This document shows positions 48,220-56,035 of a DNA stretch of 64,000 nt, in pieces. Source of the stretch: Candidatus Sumerlaeaceae bacterium (GTDB lineage Bacteria; Sumerlaeota; Sumerlaeia; Sumerlaeales; Sumerlaeaceae); assembly GCA_049968255.1 (NCBI GenBank), contig JBMFRB010000002.1, positions 32,001 through 96,000 of the forward strand. Reading direction: 5' to 3'. A program made the position numbers and the translations under genes. Every line of letters begins with the position of its first letter. The stretch's first letter is position 1. The notes under the pieces were generated by a model. That model saw nothing but the letters and a program-made list of their open reading frames with translations. It did no database searches and was not told the origin of the DNA.

Positions 48220-48520
48220 TTTGCATGCCGGCTTGGAGCTGTCCGATCTCGTTCTCCAAAACGTCCAGTCGGTTGAGAACCGCTTGCAGACGGTCGCGTG
48301 CAGCGGCTTCCTTATCATCGCGGCTGTTGAGCTCGCGTTCTAATTCTCGGATGCGATCCTGCAGACGAACGTTCTCTTCATCCGTTTTTTTCTTTTCTTC
48401 TGCAATCTGCAACAGTTCTGCGTTATGAGCTTGCAATTGGGCGATCCGCCGCTTGGCTTCTTCGATTTTGGCGACAAGCGCGCCGATCTTGCGTTCAAGT
48501 TCTTCGATGCGATCCAGCAT
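48212..48520 (-). CDS. ZapB-like coiled-coil protein
   Basis: All-heptad sequence (LE.KI..L...EN..L...RL..L) directly upstream of zapA. Confidence 0.72.
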   Translation of the reverse strand: MLDRIEELERKIGALVAKIEEAKRRIAQLQAHNAELLQIAEEKKKTDEENVRLQDRIRELERELNSRDDKEAAARDRLQAVLNRLDVLENEIGQLQAGMQNE

Positions 48521-48684
48521 ATTCCACGGTCTCCAGCGAGAGTTCAGTTGATTTGTTCGAACGCTGTGCCAACAGCTAGAAGCGTTCAAGAGAAATTCGG
48601 CAGTGACAAAGAATTCTTGTGCCCAGCTGGCCGCAAGAGCATTGGGTCGCTGCCGTATCTTTTCATCGGAGACGGGTGAACATC

Positions 48685-49296
48685 GTGAGTACTCTTTTGC
48701 CTCAGAGTCTCGAAAAGCTTGTCGAAGAGCTTTCACGCTTGCCGACGATCGGCAAAAAAACAGCGCAGCGTCTCGCTTTTCACATTGTCCGCCATTCCCC
48801 GCCAATGGCGCAAAATCTCGCAGGGGCGCTTAACGAAGTGGGTGCACGTGTGCGCGCATGTCGGCAGTGCGGCTTTTTGGCCGAAGACGAACTATGCTGC
48901 ATCTGCACGGATCCCCGCCGGCGCACCACCACCATCTGCGTTGTCGAAGAGCCGTTTGATGTGGTCGCGTTTGAAAAAGCTGGTGCTTATGATGGCCTAT
49001 ACCATGTGTTGCAAGGACGGATCTCACCTCTCCACGGCCTCATGCCGGAAAATTTGACGATTGCCCAGCTGCTTCAGCGCGTCGCAAAGGCCGAACCAAA
49101 AGTCGAAGAAGTCATTCTTGCCACTTCGCCAACTGTAGACGGTGATGCCACCGCTCTCTATGTTGCGGAGCAGTTACGCGCAAGGAATTGTCGGATCACG
49201 CGCATAGGAGTGGGTGTTTCAATCGGTTCGAGCCTGGAGTTAACCGACGAACTCACTCTGCGCCACGCGCTGGAGCGAAGGCAGGAATTAGACTAG
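48685..49296 (+). CDS. recR: Recombination protein RecR
   Basis: LP.IGKKTA.RLA, C4 zinc finger, ICVVE, YHVL.G.ISP and EVILA...G..TA.Y motifs. Confidence 0.95.
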   Translation: MSTLLPQSLEKLVEELSRLPTIGKKTAQRLAFHIVRHSPPMAQNLAGALNEVGARVRACRQCGFLAEDELCCICTDPRRRTTTICVVEEPFDVVAFEKAGAYDGLYHVLQGRISPLHGLMPENLTIAQLLQRVAKAEPKVEEVILATSPTVDGDATALYVAEQLRARNCRITRIGVGVSIGSSLELTDELTLRHALERRQELD

Positions 49297-49307
49297 CTGA
49301 CAGGCTG

Positions 49308-49721
49308 CTACTCTTCGAGCGTTTCTATTCCCTGGGCTTTGAGAAGATTTTCCACCTTGCTTGGAGTCTGGACTCCAAGGATAGCTACGGCTTTCTTAGC
49401 TTTGCCAGCCACACATGTGTAAATATAGTCCAAGTTTATCTTGTTTTCTGCGAGGATGTGCAGGGCACGGTCCAGTGCCCCAGGTTCGTCTTGCAAAAGA
49501 ACGGCTACAGCTGCCCCAACTTCCACTTGGTAACCGCAATCCTCGAGCGCTTCTTGCGCTTGTTTCGGTTTGTCCACCACCAAACGAACCCAACCTGTTT
49601 TCCCTGCACTCGATGCCGTGATACCACGAATGTTTATTTGGACCTCAGCCAAAATCGTCGTAACTTGAACAAGTTGACCTGGTTGATTGCGAATTTGAAG
49701 GGCCAATTCCGTAACCGACAT
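49308..49721 (-). CDS. Tandem ACT-domain protein
   Basis: Two repeats, N.PG.L..V...L...INI and D.PG.L...L..L....INL.Y.Y. Confidence 0.88.
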   Translation of the reverse strand: MSVTELALQIRNQPGQLVQVTTILAEVQINIRGITASSAGKTGWVRLVVDKPKQAQEALEDCGYQVEVGAAVAVLLQDEPGALDRALHILAENKINLDYIYTCVAGKAKKAVAILGVQTPSKVENLLKAQGIETLEE

Positions 49722-50067
49722 AGTTCGCGATCGCCTCACTATCCGTAGTGCTGTTCACTATTACTCTAAGCGAAGATGCTAAATTCAAGGCAGTGAGGCG
49801 TAATCTACCCTCCGCCTCAAGCCAGACGGTTTCCTGCCGCCAAAAACCGGAAGGGTAGGCTTTTTTATCATAGGGCGAACGCAATTGTTGGTGATACGCA
49901 TGGCTACTCTTTGAGTGGTTTATGGGTTCTCTAAGTGATAAATCCTTGCTAAAATTCAATTGGTCCTGCCTGTGAGGAAGTTTTCCTCAGCGTTTTTTCG
50001 TGACAAATGAAGACCATGTCATTAGCTAAGTAGGTACTAATAAGTTTTTGAAACGGAGGTATAGCTC

Positions 50068-50355
50068 ATGAAAATCACTCTCGAAAAGGGTGAGAACCTT
50101 GAAGTCGTTATCGTGGATAAAGATAAAGTCATCGGCAAGCTTGTCTTACAACTTAGTAGGCTCCCTGTCTTAGCGGTTGAAAAAGCTTCAGCTGCAGTCG
50201 CGGAACCCAAAGCAGACGCTCCGGCTAAGAAGACGCGCAAGCGCTCCCTTTCGCCGGAGGCTCGTGCGCGGCTTGCTCAGGCCCAGCGTGAACGTTGGGC
50301 ACGCGTGCGTGCTATGAAAGAGCAACAGGGCGGAGGCCAAGAAGCTAGTCAGTAA
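50068..50355 (+). CDS. Small protein with basic C-terminal helix, candidate nucleic-acid-binding protein
   Basis: Strong SD GGAGGT; KKTRKRSLSPEARARLAQAQRERWARVR tail. Confidence 0.8.
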   Translation: MKITLEKGENLEVVIVDKDKVIGKLVLQLSRLPVLAVEKASAAVAEPKADAPAKKTRKRSLSPEARARLAQAQRERWARVRAMKEQQGGGQEASQ

Positions 50356-50438
50356 CTTCGGCCTCGGAATTCCTTAAAATTAGGTAGCCTAACCCAAAGT
50401 GTTGCATGCGCCCGACGTTTTCTGCGAGGTGATTTTTT

Positions 50439-52247
50439 CTATTTGAAAAACATAATGGCCGAAAGGGTCAACCCTGAGATCACAAGGACAAGGCTATAGA
50501 AAAAGAGTTTGAAGAGCAACGCATTGATGTCGAGCTTGAGGTAGCCGCAAATCCATACATTCTGAGTAGTGGTCGGGTCCTGGAGCATTGTAACGGACTG
50601 AATAGCTCCCATCGTGGCCGGTGCAGGCATGAAGTTAGCCAGAATTCTGGCCACCCCCACGCCCAACCCCCACTCATTCAACGGTCCGCGATACAGCGAT
50701 AGTGGCGACAGTAAAAAGAAAAAGATCACGTAGGGGAGCGGCTTCGTGGGGATGAATCCAGCAATGAGCGGGCTGATAAGAGCCTCTACCGTCGGATGCA
50801 TTGCCGCTGTGACAAGCATACCGATCCCCATAAGCAGAATAATCGGCGCTGCAACATCGCCCACCCCCTCCATCATAGCCCGACTTAGTCGCTGCATGGC
50901 TCGCTCGCGTGGCGTCGTCAAAAAGCCGTAGGCCAAGGCCGCCATGAAGGCCGGGCCATACGCATCACCGAAACCCAGAACAAGAATAAAGAGCAAAGGA
51001 AGCGCCGGCGTGAGAAGATTGAATTCGCGAATGAGTCTGCGTTGCCACCTATATTCCAACTGCGCCCAAACCACAAAACCAAGGATTAGGGTCCACAGCA
51101 GTGCGCGAACGACTTTTCCCACAAAGATAAGTAGCGGTTCTGCTGTTTGCACGAGCGCTAACCCATTATTGCCCAGTGTTTTCAGTACCCAACCCAGCGA
51201 TGACACGCCCGACGGTTCAGAAGATAGTTTGTCGCCCACCAGAAGCGCATAACGCGACAAGTCAGGCAAACTCACAATCACACCTATTGCAACACTAGCT
51301 CCGAGGAGCAGACAAACGGAGCGAATCACCGTGAAAAAGCGCACTTGCGAGCGTTTCATGCGAAGAAATTCCACGCTAAGAAAGACGACAAGGACCACCG
51401 CTTGAATTGCAGCCCAAATCAGCGAATAGGTCATGACGACACTTGTTTCCACGCCAAACTGTTCTGCCCTTATTTTCCAAGCGGCTGGGCTAAGTGACAG
51501 ACCAATCGGAAAAGCCAAAAGCATCATTCCCCCTACTGTTGCCGGTGGTACTCCGAGCGAGAGCAGCACCGGAAACATGACTGTCCCCACCATGATAATT
51601 GCCGGCAAACCGCCTATTGCTGTGAAAATCAGCACGATAATTCCGCTCATGAACAACGCCACGATAAACGGATTTTCGCCCCCGTACTCAGCTGCGTACT
51701 TAACTAGACGCTCAGCAATTTTTGCATCCTGAATGAAACGCGCAAACATTCCACCAAGGATACTATAGATAATGGCCTTGTAGAGCATGAAGGCCCCACT
51801 TTTCCCCCCGCCTTCGAGTATCCCCGCGAGAACCCCTTTTTCGCCGAAAAGCGGAATGCCAGCAATCACACCGATGCCAAGTGCCATAAGCGGTAGCGCG
51901 ATCATTGCCGGCAGTTTACGAGTAGCGATTAGTACCGCGATAATCACAAAAATGATGAGGATACCGATTCCTCGGGCGTACATGGCCATGGTTAGAGGTG
52001 TGGGAGAAGATGCTGTAGCCGCGCCACTCGCAGCGGGCGTTCCAGACACCGAGTTTGTCGTGGTGGCCGAGGGGTTCGCTTGCGTTGGGACCCGAGTATC
52101 AGAAACTTTCTTTTCCGTTTGTTCATGTGGGGCTGGCTGGGCCTGAGCACTGCTTGTGAGGTGCAACAAGGCCAGCGCTATCAAGATGGCCGCCACGAGC
52201 CGGCCAGCCATGGTGCGAAAAAGACTCGATTGTACACAAGCCATCAC
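50439..52247 (-). CDS. Ion-transporter superfamily (GntP/citrate-like) permease with N-terminal signal peptide
   Basis: More than 12 TM segments; A..LVKYAAE.GG, PL.LYRGPLN.WGLG.G and DPT.TQNVW motifs; start may be 52211. Confidence 0.75.
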   Translation of the reverse strand: MMACVQSSLFRTMAGRLVAAILIALALLHLTSSAQAQPAPHEQTEKKVSDTRVPTQANPSATTTNSVSGTPAASGAATASSPTPLTMAMYARGIGILIIFVIIAVLIATRKLPAMIALPLMALGIGVIAGIPLFGEKGVLAGILEGGGKSGAFMLYKAIIYSILGGMFARFIQDAKIAERLVKYAAEYGGENPFIVALFMSGIIVLIFTAIGGLPAIIMVGTVMFPVLLSLGVPPATVGGMMLLAFPIGLSLSPAAWKIRAEQFGVETSVVMTYSLIWAAIQAVVLVVFLSVEFLRMKRSQVRFFTVIRSVCLLLGASVAIGVIVSLPDLSRYALLVGDKLSSEPSGVSSLGWVLKTLGNNGLALVQTAEPLLIFVGKVVRALLWTLILGFVVWAQLEYRWQRRLIREFNLLTPALPLLFILVLGFGDAYGPAFMAALAYGFLTTPRERAMQRLSRAMMEGVGDVAAPIILLMGIGMLVTAAMHPTVEALISPLIAGFIPTKPLPYVIFFFLLSPLSLYRGPLNEWGLGVGVARILANFMPAPATMGAIQSVTMLQDPTTTQNVWICGYLKLDINALLFKLFFYSLVLVISGLTLSAIMFFK

Positions 52248-52268
52248 GGCAATTTCGCTCCTAAAATT

Positions 52269-52811
52269 TCATTCGGAAATTCTCAGTTGCCGATAAATCC
52301 CTCTCAGCTCGCACCGAAGTTCAAGAAAGAATTTGCGAGCTGTCTCCAACCGGTAGTCCGGATAGGTCCACGGCCATGGCTCAAATCCCTGACTTCGCCT
52401 GTAGACCAGGGTCACTTCCTCGTAAATGCCAGTCCCCACGTAGAGGCGATGTGCATGATCTTTTGTGGTGGCCAGCACAACCTTTGATAGGCTCACGTAG
52501 CCCGGATCTATGTTCACTCTCCTTTTGCCCTCGTGGGCAAAGAGAAGCTCCAGACGATTCGTGTGGCGTTTGACTTCGACGAGCTTAGCCGGTGGAATGA
52601 GCTTTTCCGTCGCAATCCACTGTCGCAAGAGCCCGGGTCCCATTTCGTCTTCATAATAGCCGGTGAGATTGAACGGGATAAGCGCAGACTCATGGGAAAT
52701 GTGGGAAAAATCGTGGGCTAAACGTCGCCGCGCTCGCTCAAGCCAGTATTCGTCAGATGCGATTAGACCGAAAAACAATTTTACCGGTGGTGCTTTGCGT
52801 TCGGTTCCCAT
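52269..52811 (-). CDS. DUF4416 family protein
   Basis: F..T.YY..EMG..L, K..TN.LE, R.VNIDPGY, LATTK...HR.Y and WTYPDY motifs. Confidence 0.85.
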   Translation of the reverse strand: MGTERKAPPVKLFFGLIASDEYWLERARRRLAHDFSHISHESALIPFNLTGYYEDEMGPGLLRQWIATEKLIPPAKLVEVKRHTNRLELLFAHEGKRRVNIDPGYVSLSKVVLATTKDHAHRLYVGTGIYEEVTLVYRRSQGFEPWPWTYPDYRLETARKFFLELRCELRGIYRQLRISE

Positions 52812-52812
52812 G

Positions 52813-54240
52813 TTACACCCCTCGCATGTCTAGTGTGAGAAGGTGAATCGTAACGTAAACCCCAAGCCCCAGGTACCATGCCACGAGCAACCATTTCTGT
52901 GGACGTTCAACTGTGCCGCACCCCGCAAACACAAAGACCAACACATCGAGATAGAGCCGCTGACGTGGAGCTGCCCCGCCATAAGCCAATATCAGAATGA
53001 TCGCGCTGGCGAACCAGGCAATGAGTGGGATCACTGCCAACACAATATTATGACGTGCCAGTCGAGTGATTCCAATGACAGCGAGGGGATAACCAACAAG
53101 GTAGAGCCACCACATTCCTGGATACAACTCGTACATGGGATTTTCGACCCGCGCTCGGACCCACGCATACGGAGAAAGGAGCAGGCGTGGGAAGCCTCCA
53201 AGGACGTAAAGTAGCCCCTCGCGTGGCGTTCGAACTGAATCTGGCAAAAGCTCCCCTAAGCTGTAGAGCAACTGACGTTCAAACGCGGCCCATCGCTCGT
53301 CATAGCTAGCCAGCAAAAGGAGAAACCCAAGAATGGCAAGTCCTTGCAAGCTTTGTCGGTGCGGCAGTTTGGCGAGCAGGTATACGGCAGTCCCGGCTAA
53401 CACTGCAAGTGCCGAATAGGCTCGGAAAACCCCAAGCGCGACCAAGCTCGCGGCCAGGTACAGGAGGTGCTCTGGCCGATGGCGATAGGCAAAATCTAGT
53501 GCGCCAGCAATGGCCGCGGCAAAGATCAGTGCGAGAACAACGTCTTTCAGCAGCCAGGAAGCCCAGTACCCGATACTCGGATAAAGCGCAACCAGCCATG
53601 TTCCACGCAAAGCGCCCTTGCTCGCAAGTTCTGAAGGAGAATGGGTTTTCAGCAGTGTCAAAACGGCACTATAAACGAAGAGTGGTAAAAGGGAAGCCGC
53701 AATAAAGTTGAGTAAAATTCCAAACCGATAGTCTGCCCTCAAAAGGTAAAAAGCACCAGCTAAAAGTCTTTGATAGCCAGTGTGGAGACTACCGATATAG
53801 TACGGCGTGCTACCTTTTGAGGAAAGAGAGGGAAAGAGGCCGGATTTCCATGCTTCGGCAATTGCCTTGCCTTGAACGAGATAAGTGGCATCGTCGAGAG
53901 ACAAGGGGCAAGTTTCCGGGTTATGGAACCCAGCGATCCAAGCGCTCGCCACCGTGATCACGAGCGACACCGCACAAGCGGCACCGAGCCGCATGCGGAC
54001 GGACTTACGCGCTTCGGCGAGAATTTGGATTCCGTGTCCAATGACTGCGACGGGAATAAGCACCCATGGTAGGGCGGGAAAAAAGCATCCTAACGCCAAT
54101 GACCCCACCACCGCCGCTAACCATGTAAGAAAGACAGGGTTCTCCTTGAGCTCCCTCAACCATGCCGCAGTTCTCAAAGACAAGCGCTGACTCACATTCG
54201 TAGTCCGTATTGCCGGGCATTGTCCCGACAGGGCTAACAT
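52813..54240 (-). CDS. Multi-pass membrane protein, possible Wzy-like polymerase or GT-C glycosyltransferase
   Basis: About 12 TM segments; periplasmic DD..Y...G loop, LLKD and R.R near the C-terminus. Confidence 0.55.
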   Translation of the reverse strand: MLALSGQCPAIRTTNVSQRLSLRTAAWLRELKENPVFLTWLAAVVGSLALGCFFPALPWVLIPVAVIGHGIQILAEARKSVRMRLGAACAVSLVITVASAWIAGFHNPETCPLSLDDATYLVQGKAIAEAWKSGLFPSLSSKGSTPYYIGSLHTGYQRLLAGAFYLLRADYRFGILLNFIAASLLPLFVYSAVLTLLKTHSPSELASKGALRGTWLVALYPSIGYWASWLLKDVVLALIFAAAIAGALDFAYRHRPEHLLYLAASLVALGVFRAYSALAVLAGTAVYLLAKLPHRQSLQGLAILGFLLLLASYDERWAAFERQLLYSLGELLPDSVRTPREGLLYVLGGFPRLLLSPYAWVRARVENPMYELYPGMWWLYLVGYPLAVIGITRLARHNIVLAVIPLIAWFASAIILILAYGGAAPRQRLYLDVLVFVFAGCGTVERPQKWLLVAWYLGLGVYVTIHLLTLDMRGV

Positions 54241-54335
54241 TGTTCATCGAAAAGTTTTGCCTGCAATTTCAAAAAGAGGAGGGCGATGCACTACTTCGCA
54301 TCGCCCCGGGAAAAACTCGTTGTGCAGCGAAGAGT

Positions 54336-54878
54336 CTACTTTTTCTTTGCGGCTTTCTTCTTTTCTTCGCGTTCCTTTTGCGCCTTCTTCTTGAACATTT
54401 GGCGAAGTGCTTCTTCAATTTCCTCTGCAACTTTTGTGCGCGATTCGTTGCGTACGAAGCAGATCTCATCCGTCAAAAATTTCTTCGCGAGCTCCATTAT
54501 TTCGCGTTCTTTTCCCTTTAGCGCATTGTTTTGGTCAAGAATGTAAAGGTCGCGGATGAGCTTACTGATCTTGCTTGGATCGCCTGTGTTCAAAATTTCC
54601 CGATATTTTGTGTATTGGGTATGAGGTGTTTCGCGGTCTGGCGACGTTGGTTGCTTGAGGCTTTGGATGACTTTCTTGGTCTCTTCCTTTGTCATCGGCA
54701 GCCTGACCCCGCGTTTTTCAATTTGGTGTTTGGGCACAAGCACCGTGGCATTGTTCGGTCCAGCGAAAACGTAAAAATCCATTTCCTTGCCGTCCACGCT
54801 CATCCGACGAATTCCTTGGATTTCACAAATGCCGATGGTGGGCTCGACTACTTTGTCACCGGTTTTGAACTGTTCCAT
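54336..54878 (-). CDS. carD: CarD family transcription factor
   Basis: F..GDKVV.P..G...I..I, VP......GVR and E......AK..L..EI motifs. Confidence 0.88.
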   Translation of the reverse strand: MEQFKTGDKVVEPTIGICEIQGIRRMSVDGKEMDFYVFAGPNNATVLVPKHQIEKRGVRLPMTKEETKKVIQSLKQPTSPDRETPHTQYTKYREILNTGDPSKISKLIRDLYILDQNNALKGKEREIMELAKKFLTDEICFVRNESRTKVAEEIEEALRQMFKKKAQKEREEKKKAAKKK

Positions 54879-54893
54879 ATTCCTAGCTACCTT

Positions 54894-55280
54894 TCAGATT
54901 TGATTCTCGTTGGGCTGCCAAGCAACCAGCGGGGCGTCTCCCCACAGACGTTCCAGGTCGTAAAATCGTCGTGTCTCGTCCATCATCGCGTGCGCAATAA
55001 CACTGCCGTAGTCAAACACAATCCAATTTGTGGAGTGCCGCCCATCAACGCGTTCCACTTCAACCCCTTCCTTGGAAAGCTCTTCGTCCAACCGCTTTCC
55101 GATAGAGCGCAAATGCGTCTGACTTGTGCCAGTAAAAATGACAAAAAAATCAGCCACAGATGACAAACCACGGACGTCGAGAACGACAATGTTCTCAGCC
55201 TTGGCGGCATCAGCTGTTTGCGCGATCCGCACTGCTTTGCTTAGAGAATCTAGTTCTAGCTTCGTCTTCTTCGTCGTCAT
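54894..55280 (-). CDS. rsfS: Ribosome silencing factor RsfS
   Basis: KAE.I..LDV, D.FVI.TG.S, W...DYG.VI.H and R.FYDLE.LW motifs. Confidence 0.95.
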   Translation of the reverse strand: MTTKKTKLELDSLSKAVRIAQTADAAKAENIVVLDVRGLSSVADFFVIFTGTSQTHLRSIGKRLDEELSKEGVEVERVDGRHSTNWIVFDYGSVIAHAMMDETRRFYDLERLWGDAPLVAWQPNENQI

Positions 55281-55864
55281 AGGGCCGAGTGTCGTGTTTC
55301 GAGACTCATCACTGCCTCTTTTGTAGCCCAATGGAGTTTTCGACCTGTCATTTCCACATAAGCAATTTTACTGCGCAGCAGCGCTCTTACGCCAGCCACA
55401 AGGTCCTTGCGCACGAGCGAGCGAATTTCTTCTACGCCAGGGAAATCTCGAGTAGGTTCGCAGTAGTCCGCTGCCAACAACAGTAGCAGGGTTGGCGATG
55501 GATCAGGTTTTCCGGTAGGGTGCCAAGCGATCGCCTCAATCACCTCCGGATCATCCACACCGAACTCCCGATAAGCTCGCCAAGCTCCTGCCGGAGCATG
55601 CCACAACTGAGGCATTCCATCCTGCAGATAGGGATGAGACCCAAATTGCGTCGAGTAGCACTGGGCATACTCTTCTGACCCCGTATGCTTTGCGCAATCG
55701 TGAAGCAACGCCGCCAGCACCCCGCGCCATGCATTCAATGAGTGCAATTGCGCCAACACCGTAGCCGTCTGCACGACTCCCAACGTGTGCAAGAATCTTT
55801 TCGGTTCCAGCTGGTCCGCAAGTTTATTTGTAATTTCTGTAAGTAGCTCTGGTGACCACCTCAT
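55277..55864 (-). CDS. yqeK: Ap4A hydrolase YqeK (HD domain)
   Basis: R..H.LGV, ALLHD.AK, H...GA, AI..H..G and AD..EP.R.F.GV motifs. Confidence 0.9.
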   Translation of the reverse strand: MRWSPELLTEITNKLADQLEPKRFLHTLGVVQTATVLAQLHSLNAWRGVLAALLHDCAKHTGSEEYAQCYSTQFGSHPYLQDGMPQLWHAPAGAWRAYREFGVDDPEVIEAIAWHPTGKPDPSPTLLLLLAADYCEPTRDFPGVEEIRSLVRKDLVAGVRALLRSKIAYVEMTGRKLHWATKEAVMSLETRHSAL

Positions 55865-56007
55865 GCCAAAGAACCGTGGGGGAGTCGCATTTCGCACTCT
55901 GATCATACAAAGTTTGTACCTATTATATTTTGCTAACGCCTAGGTAACAGTGGTAAGAGTGCAAGTTGAAGGACGGAATAAATGTCGCCCAATTCCTTTG
56001 TTTCTCT

Positions 56008-56035
56008 GAAATAGGAACTTCGAAATAGGAACTTC
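56008..56035. repeat. Perfect 14-bp tandem direct repeat (GAAATAGGAACTTC x2)
   Basis: Read directly at 56008-56021 and 56022-56035, abutting the stop codon of the GGDEF gene. Confidence 0.95.
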
